NCBI GenBank assembly: GCA_039740895.1
Contig: JBCLGS010000002.1
Location: forward strand, 258-64,257
Reading direction: 5' to 3'
Source of the DNA: Parcubacteria group bacterium
Lineage (GTDB): Bacteria; Patescibacteriota; Minisyncoccia; Phycocordibacterales; DATDWN01
DNA: 64,000 nucleotides
The notes under the pieces are model-generated. The model ran no database searches. It saw only the letters and a list, made by a program, of their open reading frames with translations, and was not told where the DNA came from. Positions 8,220 through 16,857 of this stretch are shown one piece after another (position 1 is the stretch's first letter; every line of letters starts with the position of its first letter). The translations under genes and the position numbers were made by a program.

Positions 8220-9446
8220 TTATACAAGCGGATATTCTCCTTCAAGAAGTTTGTTCGTCACTTCACGCAATTTACTAAGTTTTTCTTTTACAATTTTTTG
8301 TACTATCTTTATATCAATAGATTTTACAGAATTTATGACGACAAATGCTGGATCATCAAGGGGACGATCAATTTCGCTTATCATAAAAACTTCACATGGA
8401 ACTTTTTGCTGTTCAAATATTTGTTGCGCGATATCCCAGGCTGCAACGGAATAAATCTTACCGGCATGATACGATGGATTTTTTCCACTTAATCCTTCAA
8501 TACTGAATGGTCTGCATGAAGAAATAACTCCGCCCAATCTATTCCCTCTGCTAACTTGTCCCTCGTCACCAGATTCAATGCATGATCCAGTGAAGCGGAG
8601 GTACAACATTTCCTTATCGGTGTTATCTCCCGGATTGAGGGTAACTAAGACATTTTTAAATTGAGACCCATCGATTATCTTGTTGATAATGGTGAGAGTT
8701 ACATTGTAATTTTCTTTATATTCAAAAATAGAATGTACATGTGTCGAAAGCTGCGGGATTGAGATGATTAAATTAATCTCTTCTTTTATGCGACAAGCCA
8801 TTATTTTACAATCGGATCCCATCCATGGATATTTCACCCACATATCATCGGAAGTTAAGGTTTTTTCAATATCAAGTACAAGTTTTTCAAGTGGAGTAAA
8901 CGGTGCCCACGCACAACCTACTGCAGTATCATTTGATATCGGATTTGATGACTCCGGCAAATCTTTCAAACTCCGAGGATGAAATCTATGGTGTATTGCC
9001 GAAGTACCACCATTTGCACCATCTATCATTCCACGTGTACTATTTGATGTATTTTCCCACATCACCCGACAATCAGTCAGAAAATTGAAATTTCTTAATT
9101 CCTTTTCTAAAAACTTAGTGGCAGTATTGATAAGCAAATCTCGAAAGTCAATATTTTCATCTCCAATTTTTGGAGTGGCTCTGCCGTTAATGAGAAGTCG
9201 AATCGGTGATCTGAAATTGCCTCCTCCAAATCTTATGTCGCATTTTCCACCCATAAGCGAGAGTTTATCAAACTGATGTCGCAATATTGCTCCATATTTG
9301 TCGCGAGTGAATTTACTGTATGTACGAGAAAAAAGTTCAGCTAACCGATCAGAAAGCGTATCAGGATGTCCACGACCTTTCCGCTCCACAATTTCAAAAT
9401 CATTATCTGCTGGATTTTTTATGTTATAAGTTATATTTACTTTCAT
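8220..9446 (-). CDS. mat: archaeal-type S-adenosylmethionine synthetase (methionine adenosyltransferase)
   Basis: 408 aa; N-terminal ERKGRGHPDTLSDRLAE matches the archaeal MAT signature (ERKGxGHPD); this class is known in CPR genomes. Confidence 0.8.
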   Translation of the reverse strand: MKVNITYNIKNPADNDFEIVERKGRGHPDTLSDRLAELFSRTYSKFTRDKYGAILRHQFDKLSLMGGKCDIRFGGGNFRSPIRLLINGRATPKIGDENIDFRDLLINTATKFLEKELRNFNFLTDCRVMWENTSNSTRGMIDGANGGTSAIHHRFHPRSLKDLPESSNPISNDTAVGCAWAPFTPLEKLVLDIEKTLTSDDMWVKYPWMGSDCKIMACRIKEEINLIISIPQLSTHVHSIFEYKENYNVTLTIINKIIDGSQFKNVLVTLNPGDNTDKEMLYLRFTGSCIESGDEGQVSRGNRLGGVISSCRPFSIEGLSGKNPSYHAGKIYSVAAWDIAQQIFEQQKVPCEVFMISEIDRPLDDPAFVVINSVKSIDIKIVQKIVKEKLSKLREVTNKLLEGEYPLV

Positions 9447-10498
9447 GATGCTGTATTAGTTAATTTCAATCGTTCACTTTCGACAATCCTACCAACTAGC
9501 TCAATTTGATTCTCAGAGGCTTTTGCTCTTTTTTCTTCATTATCAGGTCTAAATTTTATTATTTTTCTTACATCTTTTGAATACAAACTCTTCACATTAT
9601 CCATATCTAATTTTTCTTTTTCTGTCAGTCTAATATTCCAAAGCCTACTGACATTGAGTATAAAGTTTTTTGTTAAATCGTTGTAGTCTACAAATAAACT
9701 CTGATCTGATCCAAAATCACCAGCAATTTTACAAAAAACACCGAGCAGTCTTGCTACATATTCATCTTGACTCATTGTGCGTATAATCGCTACATCTATC
9801 TGCAATAGATTAGAAAAATATTCTATATACAAAGCACGGCTTCTAAGCCATCCCGGTGGTTTTTCCATAACTGACGGAAGCACCTCAAGGCCATAACGAT
9901 GAACAAACATCCATCTCACATCTGGAAATTCTGTAAGAATAAGATTAATAAAAAAGGTGTTCCAACTTCTGAATTTTATAAATACTCGTTCACACATAAC
10001 TGGCGAGCATTTAATTAACATAACCATGGAAGCTCTGAACAATGCCCTTCTATTCTCAGGTGATATTATTAACGCTGGATCCAAAACTGCGTTAATAATA
10101 GTGGGCTCTGATAAGACAAAAAATCTATCGCTCTGGGCAAGCATTTGTGTCATCAAAGTCGAGCCACATCGAGACATGTGAAAAATGAAACCAACCTCCT
10201 TTTTGATTTTTTCGTCCGAATACTCTGATATAAATTCATTTACAGGCGTATAAACGACTCGTTTATCATTTTGATCGTAATGAACAGGGTGCACAAGTAG
10301 TTCATCTTCTTTCGAAAGCTTAATTTCTGACTTTAAAATGTTGAAAGACTTAGCAAGAGAATCTATAAAAAATGGCTCTCTGAAATAAGTCCTTGGTAAC
10401 AGCAAAGATACAACAAATAAACCTTGTTCATTTCTCAACAAATCAACAGGAATTCTAATATTCTCGCTGGTTGTATATTCCTTATTGATATTGGACAT
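9443..10498 (-). CDS. sulfotransferase-family protein (putative)
   Basis: 351 aa; FIFHMSRCGSTLMTQMLA resembles the PAPS-binding P-loop (RSGSTLL) of bacterial Sulfotransfer_3/Stf0-like enzymes; a second motif VHRYGLEVLPS is plausible. Confidence 0.4.
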   Translation of the reverse strand: MSNINKEYTTSENIRIPVDLLRNEQGLFVVSLLLPRTYFREPFFIDSLAKSFNILKSEIKLSKEDELLVHPVHYDQNDKRVVYTPVNEFISEYSDEKIKKEVGFIFHMSRCGSTLMTQMLAQSDRFFVLSEPTIINAVLDPALIISPENRRALFRASMVMLIKCSPVMCERVFIKFRSWNTFFINLILTEFPDVRWMFVHRYGLEVLPSVMEKPPGWLRSRALYIEYFSNLLQIDVAIIRTMSQDEYVARLLGVFCKIAGDFGSDQSLFVDYNDLTKNFILNVSRLWNIRLTEKEKLDMDNVKSLYSKDVRKIIKFRPDNEEKRAKASENQIELVGRIVESERLKLTNTAS

Positions 10499-10509
10499 AA
10501 TAGTTAAGT

Positions 10510-11013
10510 CTATCTAATCTCTTTTAGTACATCTGCCCAGCTTTCTACCCTGGTAACTTTTGGTAAAAACTGTCTATATTCGTCAATCTCTGCTTGATCA
10601 GGTTGATATAAGAACAGATGCGATACGGTTTCAATCATATGACTTAATACCTCAAGACGATCATCAATAAAGTAGGTGATATTATTATCTTTACAAATTT
10701 TGTCTTTTTCATGCCTCTCTCTACAAAAGAACACATTTTTAGGATTAACTCCGGTTCCAGCATAAAAATTATTGTCTCTAAGCCAAGCAAGAATCTTTTC
10801 TTCTGCCCATGGGGTACATTTTGATATTAAGAAAATATTCCCATTAAATTTCGTGTCATTTAATTTTTTGATTACGTTAAACACATCTTCTGCGGCTGGA
10901 ATCGTGGAATAACGCTCTTCGTGCAAGGTTTTGTCGTCTTTGTCAGTAAGACGATGATTGATAATGACATTTCCTATATCAATACCTAATGCTTCATTGT
11001 TTTTTGTAGTCAT
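10510..11013 (-). CDS. hypothetical protein, possible HAD/NT5C-like fold; paralog of 11081..11578 (start taken at internal Met; ORF extends to 11103)
   Basis: Shares LG[IV]D[IL]GNVII, FNGNIF and HF[IV]DDRLEVLSH blocks with the neighbouring gene; the DDR block resembles a HAD motif but the N-terminal DxD is degenerate. Confidence 0.3.
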   Translation of the reverse strand: MTTKNNEALGIDIGNVIINHRLTDKDDKTLHEERYSTIPAAEDVFNVIKKLNDTKFNGNIFLISKCTPWAEEKILAWLRDNNFYAGTGVNPKNVFFCRERHEKDKICKDNNITYFIDDRLEVLSHMIETVSHLFLYQPDQAEIDEYRQFLPKVTRVESWADVLKEIR

Positions 11014-11080
11014 AGTATAATACATTATAAAGTAATTTAATAAAAAAATACAGCCCCCAAAAAAATCTGAGAGGCTGTAA

Positions 11081-11578
11081 CTATCTAAGCAGTAAACGTA
11101 CAATTTCGTTCCACGCGACAGTCTGTTGGACGTGAATGAGAAAATCCTGCTGATACTGCTCGACTTCTTTTTGTTGTGGCCGAAACAGATACAGGTTTCT
11201 CACTTTACCAACAAGGTGACTGAGAACCTCAAGGCGATCATCGACAAAGTGTGTGGCATGATACAGTTCACACACTGACAACTTGTTACGACCATTCTGT
11301 GTTCTTCTCACACAATCTGGAGAGATGCCTGTGCGATTAAAAAAATTGTGCGACTTCAGCCAAGAAACGATTTTTTGGTCGGCAACATCCGAGGAATTAT
11401 AGACCACGAAGATATTGCCATTAAACCGCTCTTGATTTAGACGTAACAAAGCATCAAAGACTCCTGACACGGGTGGAATGATGTTGTAATCACCTGTTTG
11501 AAAGAACTCAGGCGTTGTCCCAAATCCGACATGATCAATGATTACGTTTCCAAGGTCAACACCAAGACATTCTTGCAT
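11081..11578 (-). CDS. hypothetical protein, paralog of 10510..11013 (higher-GC copy)
   Basis: 165 aa with the same three conserved blocks; GC visibly higher than the adjacent paralog. Confidence 0.3.
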   Translation of the reverse strand: MQECLGVDLGNVIIDHVGFGTTPEFFQTGDYNIIPPVSGVFDALLRLNQERFNGNIFVVYNSSDVADQKIVSWLKSHNFFNRTGISPDCVRRTQNGRNKLSVCELYHATHFVDDRLEVLSHLVGKVRNLYLFRPQQKEVEQYQQDFLIHVQQTVAWNEIVRLLLR

Positions 11579-11659
11579 GTGATACCTCCTTTCTGGTTTT
11601 CTGTGTGTATAGTAACATAGCGAATTTGGTATGTAAATGTGTCTTACTTTCGGGTATTT

Positions 11660-12103
11660 CTAGTCAACTAAAATTGACTTAAAAAAATCCCCAGAAAGAA
11701 TAACTTGCATTCCACCAAAAGGTTTTTCATTTCGTTTGAACTGTCTGCAAATCCATTCAATGAGGTCCAGTCGGTAATGGTGAAGCATTGAAACTTCGTC
11801 AATTATCAAAACTTTTGTTTTTTCAAAACGCTTGTAGAGATACTGTTTCTCCATCATATTTTCAATATCATAATCCGTCAGAACATCTCTGATACCGAGC
11901 CCAGACCATGAGTGAATAGTCTGACCACCAAGGTGCGTTGCGGCAATACCAGTGGACGCTGTTACGGCTACATCCACAGCATTTGATTTCAGATATTTTA
12001 TATACTCATTTAAGACATGAGTTTTTCCGCTCCCAGCAGGTCCTGTAAGAAAAACATTTTTACCCAGTTTTAATATATCGAGTGCTTCGCTTTGTAACAT
12101 CAC
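11660..12103 (-). pseudogene. truncated duplicate of the Pif1-like helicase 5-prime end (first 142 codons, then frame runs into a stop)
   Basis: Lies within direct-repeat copy 2 (11681-12134); identical N-terminal 142 aa to the full-length gene; lacks the rest of the helicase. Confidence 0.8.
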
Positions 12104-12266
12104 CCCATTGTACCAGCTCTGTACCTAAATGGACAAATACTGCACTGGGTTAGTATACAATTGACACTGATTCTTAAATTAAGCACTCAAGAGAGGTTAC
12201 TTTTTTTGCTACCTGTGAATAGGTTGATGTTCCCTCTTAAAAAAAATCTCAAAAGATTTAAACAAA

Positions 12267-12300
12267 GAAAAGTCCCACCGTTCGCATTTCGCTACTAAGT
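12267..12300 (-). terminator. rho-independent terminator for the M16 peptidase gene (AGTCCCAC..GTGGGACT stem, T-run on minus strand)
   Basis: Hairpin 25 bp downstream of the stop at 12326, followed by ttttctttgttt on the minus strand. Confidence 0.5.
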
Positions 12301-12325
12301 GGGACTTAGATTCCATAGTTAATCC

Positions 12326-13576
12326 TTACGGATGTGCTATGAAAGTGTACTGCTGTTCTGGGTTAAGAAACTTGACTGCTTCCTCCATTTGGTCAAAAGT
12401 AACTTTGTGCAGATTGTCCCATACCTCCTGCATCGGAATGATTCGATGATGACCAATCAACTCCTCGGCAGATTCTCCACACAGATCCGCTCCAGAATGA
12501 TCGATCATTAAACACTGCTTGATGCAAGACTCGAGGTTGCGATCAAAGAGATCGTGTCGTGATGAAACCATCGAGATGCACTTGCGTACAAGATCGTTGA
12601 TGTATGGCGTAGCTTCTGGACTGATCTGTCCCACGATTTGATACTCGCACACATCTTGCCAATCTTGCAGATTGATACCGATACTGTATGCGAGTCCGCG
12701 TTTCTCGCGAACCTCATCAAACAGAATCTTCCCAAGAACCAAATTGAACACTCTGCGTGCTTGTTGAGGAAAATCTAACGGCCACGCCCATACTGCCCTG
12801 TAGCCCGTCTGGTCAACTTTGAAGTTGACATGATCAGACATTTTCACCGTTCGCGATTGTTCCATCGGGATTGCAAATTGATTGAACATGGGAGGAATAG
12901 GATTTCTCCGCCCCTCCTTTTTCTTTCCGAACGGACTCTGTTCAAGCTCAGCAATTACTTCTTTGGTTGTGAGACCTCCGAGAATTACCAAGCTTATGTT
13001 TGCTGGCGTGTAGTGCTCGTCGTAGAAACCTTGTAGGTCAGTTTCCATTGCCGAAAAAAAACCCTCAGGACGACCGAGTGGGCGATTATATGTTTCGAGA
13101 CGGTGCCCTTTGAAAAGCGATCTCCGTATTGCCATGTCCCATTCCAGTTTTTTCAGAAACGGGTACCCTTGATTAAACTCACAGTAGATGACTTTACGCT
13201 CTCTATCGATGTCTTTTTCCAGACGAGCCTCGAGAAGCATTGAACCGAAAATTGAAACTACTTCTCGAAATGTTGGCAGGTCTGCTGGAACAGCAAACTT
13301 GTATTGAGTCGAGAGATATGAGGTACTACCGTATTCGGCACGACCACCAACACTCTCTATAAACTGCTTCACCCAGTCGTGTGTACGATCGGGAATGTTT
13401 TGGCTGACACAGTGTTCAACGAAATGAGCGAGACCTGGCATAGTAACCTGATCCTCGCGAGCTCCGCTGTGAACGACTATTTCCATTCTGATCCATGGGC
13501 GATCCCATGACATCGAATGAACTTCAAGACCGTTCGGAAGAATGCACTTAGTGAATGCTGCATATGGATCGTACAT
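12326..13576 (-). CDS. M16-family (pitrilysin/insulinase-like) zinc peptidase
   Basis: 416 aa; inverted zincin motif HFVEH (HxxEH) near the N-terminus; GC clearly above the window average. Confidence 0.75.
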   Translation of the reverse strand: MYDPYAAFTKCILPNGLEVHSMSWDRPWIRMEIVVHSGAREDQVTMPGLAHFVEHCVSQNIPDRTHDWVKQFIESVGGRAEYGSTSYLSTQYKFAVPADLPTFREVVSIFGSMLLEARLEKDIDRERKVIYCEFNQGYPFLKKLEWDMAIRRSLFKGHRLETYNRPLGRPEGFFSAMETDLQGFYDEHYTPANISLVILGGLTTKEVIAELEQSPFGKKKEGRRNPIPPMFNQFAIPMEQSRTVKMSDHVNFKVDQTGYRAVWAWPLDFPQQARRVFNLVLGKILFDEVREKRGLAYSIGINLQDWQDVCEYQIVGQISPEATPYINDLVRKCISMVSSRHDLFDRNLESCIKQCLMIDHSGADLCGESAEELIGHHRIIPMQEVWDNLHKVTFDQMEEAVKFLNPEQQYTFIAHP

Positions 13577-13758
13577 TTTTTACTCTCCTATCAAAGAACT
13601 TTTAGCTTCGTTGCCATCATAACACACTAAGTATACCTTTGTCAAAACCTTTTCAGGAAGTGTGGACACTTACACTGTGGATAAGCAAGTTTCCAGGAGG
13701 GTACCCTCCGTGGACCCCTATAATTCTTTAACTTTCAAATCACCAAGCGAATCAATTT

Positions 13759-14259
13759 CTATAGGCATGATTTCTTTACAAATGTAAAAATTTCCTTTAT
13801 TTTCTCAGATGTTTCTTCTAGTTGGTTATCAAAAAGAAGATAATCTTTTAAATCTTCATAAGGAACCCATTTGTATGACCTGATTTCACCTTCTTGTAAT
13901 TTAATTTCGTTATCATTACCAATAAATTTAAATCCAAAAAAGTGACGCTCCATACCATCATATTCAATACCCTCACGATTTAATTTTCCTAGTTTAAATG
14001 TAATTTGTAAAGACTCTTTACTTTTACCAATTAAGTCTAGATTATTTTTAGTTATACCGAGTTCTTCTTCTATTTCTCTATAAACAGCATCTTCAAGTGT
14101 TTCTTTTAATTCTAGACCACCGCCTGGAATTGCGAAAAAATGAGTAATAAAAGCTTCTAAATTGACTAGCAAAAATTCGTTTTTGTTGTTAATTATTAAA
14201 GTTGAAACTCCCTTACGAAATTTAAGAATATTTTTTTCTGGTTGTTCAGATTTTTCCAT
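13759..14259 (-). CDS. NUDIX hydrolase
   Basis: Nudix box GGGLELKETLEDAVYREIEEELGI. Confidence 0.7.
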   Translation of the reverse strand: MEKSEQPEKNILKFRKGVSTLIINNKNEFLLVNLEAFITHFFAIPGGGLELKETLEDAVYREIEEELGITKNNLDLIGKSKESLQITFKLGKLNREGIEYDGMERHFFGFKFIGNDNEIKLQEGEIRSYKWVPYEDLKDYLLFDNQLEETSEKIKEIFTFVKKSCL

Positions 14260-14282
14260 ATTATTTTTTCTTTTTAAAAGAT

Positions 14283-14573
14283 TTAAAGTTTATAAGCATC
14301 TTTTCTATGCTTAACTCGTAAAACTATGAGAATATTTATAGAACCTTTATCATTTATTTCAAACAAAACTCGATAATCTCCTATTCTATATCTACATATA
14401 TTAGTAAACACACCAGAAAGTTGCTTAGCTCGAATGAGAGGATTTTTTAGTTCGCTGTTCTCTTTTATTTTTGCAACAATTCGAAGAGCTATTTTTTTAT
14501 CAATCTTTTTTAAATCGGAAAGCGCGTGCTCTGTATATTTAAGATTAAATATCCCAATCATATTAACTTGCAT
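14283..14573 (-). CDS. RelE/ParE-family type II toxin
   Basis: 96 aa; RIGDYRVLFEI...ILIVLRVKHRKDAYK pattern; start codon 1 nt after the upstream antitoxin stop. Confidence 0.6.
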   Translation of the reverse strand: MQVNMIGIFNLKYTEHALSDLKKIDKKIALRIVAKIKENSELKNPLIRAKQLSGVFTNICRYRIGDYRVLFEINDKGSINILIVLRVKHRKDAYKL

Positions 14574-14574
14574 A

Positions 14575-14817
14575 TTAACTTAATTGTGCCAATACTTCTT
14601 TATGTGAATAGAGTCGTCCTTTCTCTACATCTTTTTTAGCATCAATAATATCCTCAATTATACTATTAAGATTCACATTTTTCGCAAAAGGCTTAATCTC
14701 AAAGAGTGGAGTATTACGATTCATAATAATAAATCGCTCTTTCCCAAGTTGAGCATTCTCTGAATATTTAGCTATGTTTTGACGAAAATCTTTAATATTT
14801 ATGAATTTTGTAGTCAT
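14575..14817 (-). CDS. Phd/YefM-family antitoxin (start at internal Met MTTKF; the ORF as tracked extends into trmD)
   Basis: TKFINIKDFRQNIAKYSENAQLGKERFIIMNRNTPLFEIKP matches the Phd_YefM fold pattern; translationally coupled to the RelE-like gene. Confidence 0.6.
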   Translation of the reverse strand: MTTKFINIKDFRQNIAKYSENAQLGKERFIIMNRNTPLFEIKPFAKNVNLNSIIEDIIDAKKDVEKGRLYSHKEVLAQLS

Positions 14818-14863
14818 AGGTTTAGTGTATCTTAAGTGTACACCAAAGTCAAATACCAGCGTT

Positions 14864-15553
14864 TTACTTTTTCTCTTTCCAAGCTTCAATCTTCTTATGG
14901 TCGCCAGACAAAAGTACTTTTGGCACACGATATTTTTTACCTTTATATTCAAAAACTTCTGGTCTTGTATAAACATTATGAGAGGAGGCGCGTGACTCTT
15001 CTAGAGAATTAAAATTGCCGAGGACTCCTTCTATCTGGCGAGCCATGCAGTCTATAACAATCATCGCTGGCAATTCTCCGCCAGTTAGCACAAATGGACC
15101 GACAGAAATATTTTCGGTTTTAAAAATTTTTTGAACACGAGCATCAATACCTTCATACCTGCCGGAGATTAAAATAATGTCGGTGAATTTATGCACAGTC
15201 TTTTTTGCGTATTCAGTATCAAATTGTTTTCCACCAGGAGAGAACCATATAATCTTTACTCTCTTTGTGTCAAAAGATACCTTTGACACTTTTGAATTTG
15301 TAACTTTTTTTCTTTTTTCAATAATTTTCAGAGCCGCTTCTATTGCTTTGACCACAGGCAATGCCTGAATGACCATACCCGGACCTCCGCTATATGGCTT
15401 TTGGTCAATGTGTCTGAATTTGTTGTCAGAAAAATCTCGAGGATTATAAAATTTAACCTTGATTTTCTTATCCTCTATGGCTCGCGACATAATAGACTCG
15501 CCTAGGTACGAGTCAAATGCTACCGGAAACAGTGTTACTATATGAAATATCAT
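14864..15553 (-). CDS. trmD: tRNA (guanine37-N1)-methyltransferase
   Basis: 229 aa; SPOUT-knot blocks (ISGRYEGIDARV, GPFVLTGGELPAMIVIDC); classic position downstream of rpsP and the KH protein. Confidence 0.9.
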   Translation of the reverse strand: MIFHIVTLFPVAFDSYLGESIMSRAIEDKKIKVKFYNPRDFSDNKFRHIDQKPYSGGPGMVIQALPVVKAIEAALKIIEKRKKVTNSKVSKVSFDTKRVKIIWFSPGGKQFDTEYAKKTVHKFTDIILISGRYEGIDARVQKIFKTENISVGPFVLTGGELPAMIVIDCMARQIEGVLGNFNSLEESRASSHNVYTRPEVFEYKGKKYRVPKVLLSGDHKKIEAWKEKK

Positions 15554-15610
15554 AGTTTTTAATTCAAATTTGGCGCATTTCGTTGTTGGACTTCAAAAAA
15601 TTATTCTTTT

Positions 15611-15690
15611 CCTTACAGAAACAGTACACCTTTCACATTTTGATTACAAAATGCTCAAGGTCTTGCGAAGTGATAACATCACTTCTCACC
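15611..15690 (+). repeat. family A hairpin repeat, copy 1 (ccttacagNNNcagtacacctttcaca...gaagtgataacatcacttctcacc)
   Basis: ~80 bp unit with two internal hairpins; copy 2 at 15728-15807, inverted copy 3 at 22596-22674. Confidence 0.8.
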
Positions 15691-15727
15691 TTACAATGAG
15701 TAAGGCTTGAATTATTTTTATCGTCCG

Positions 15728-15807
15728 CCTTACAGGCGCAGTACACCTTTCACACTTTGACTACAAAGTATTCAAGGTTTTACGAAGTGATAAAATCACT
15801 TCTCACC
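15728..15807 (+). repeat. family A hairpin repeat, copy 2
   Basis: About 85% identical to copy 1, tandem with a ~37 bp spacer, inside the rpsP-KH-trmD operon spacer. Confidence 0.8.
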
Positions 15808-15908
15808 TAGAACTACACTCAAATCTGAATTAAAAACACAATAACACATTTTTTATAAAAAGAAAAGTCCTGATTTCTCAGAACTTTTTTTTTAAATATT
15901 TATTTAAA

Positions 15909-16235
15909 TTATAGCTTTAAGTCAGCCATTGCCTCGTCTACAGTTTTGCTAGCAGATACGGGTTTTACTTCCCCTTCTTCTCGTATACTTCCAGCTGGTT
16001 CATTAATTTTCAAATTAACTCGAGCGTTGTTTTTCATTCCAACAACTCGTAGTAATGTTCGGATAGCCTTTGCTGTGTTACCTTCTCGTCCGATAATCTT
16101 TCCCATATCTGCTGCATTGACATTTAATGTCATCAGTACACCCATCTCATCCACTGTTCTTGTGATTTTTACATCTTGTGGATACTCTACTAATGCCTTA
16201 ACAACAAACTCTAAAAATTGTACATCGTTTTCCAT
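15909..16235 (-). CDS. KH-domain RNA-binding protein (KhpA/YlqC-like)
   Basis: 108 aa with GKIIGREGNTAKAIRTL KH motif; conserved position between rpsP and trmD. Confidence 0.75.
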   Translation of the reverse strand: MENDVQFLEFVVKALVEYPQDVKITRTVDEMGVLMTLNVNAADMGKIIGREGNTAKAIRTLLRVVGMKNNARVNLKINEPAGSIREEGEVKPVSASKTVDEAMADLKL

Positions 16236-16293
16236 GAATTTCTATCTTAATGATAATAAATCTACCTGATATTATTTTAACAAAATACAACTA

Positions 16294-16803
16294 TTACGCA
16301 ATAGTTTCCTCCACAGATGGAGCAACGACTGGGACATCTTGAGCTGGAGTGACTGGCGCCTCAGGATTACCTGATGCGTAAGTGGCCTCAAGAGTACTTG
16401 ATGCATAAGTGGCCTCAAGAGTACTTGATGCATAAGTGTCCACTTCGTTTCCCTTATCCACTTCGTTTCCCTTATCCGCTTCGCTTTCCTTAGCTGGAGC
16501 AGTTACAACAGGAACTTCTTTTACAATGGCATTTTTCAAAGGAAGAACATTGACTTTCTTTCCTTCTATAATTTTCCTACTAACCAAAAGATTATGAACG
16601 GTGCCTGAAGTTTGTGCTCCTTGTAACATCCAATAATTTATTCTCTCTGCATTGAAGACAGCTTTCTCTCCGCTTCTTGAATCATAGTTACCCAAAATCT
16701 CAAGTGATTTACCACTTTTTGTAGAGTTCTTTGAATCAGTTAGAACAAGTCTAAAAACTGGTTCGTGTTTTCGTCCTACTCTTTGTAATCGTATTTTTAA
16801 CAT
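16294..16803 (-). CDS. rpsP: 30S ribosomal protein S16 with ~80-aa repetitive C-terminal extension
   Basis: Start at internal Met MLKIRLQRVGRKHEPVFRLVLTD (canonical S16 N-terminus); the tracked ORF runs further upstream antisense to rnr, which is probably not translated. C-terminus carries tandem DKGNEV x2 and TYASSTLEA x2 repeats. Confidence 0.85.
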   Translation of the reverse strand: MLKIRLQRVGRKHEPVFRLVLTDSKNSTKSGKSLEILGNYDSRSGEKAVFNAERINYWMLQGAQTSGTVHNLLVSRKIIEGKKVNVLPLKNAIVKEVPVVTAPAKESEADKGNEVDKGNEVDTYASSTLEATYASSTLEATYASGNPEAPVTPAQDVPVVAPSVEETIA

Positions 16804-16857
16804 GTGGCCATGATAACAGAATTGGTGAAAATGGTCAACTATGTTAGTATATTGGGC

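Noticed and set aside
8220-11578. Interpreting the 4-kb unit between the 459-bp repeats as a mobile element
   Set aside because: It contains an essential-type gene (SAM synthetase) with native composition and no integrase or transposase; a segmental duplication/recombination junction is more parsimonious.
15554-15908. Possible CRISPR array (repeated ~80-bp units)
   Set aside because: There are only two tandem units at ~85% identity with an irregular spacer, and a third inverted copy elsewhere. The units are hairpin-rich rather than short exact repeats, and no cas genes are present. Not CRISPR.
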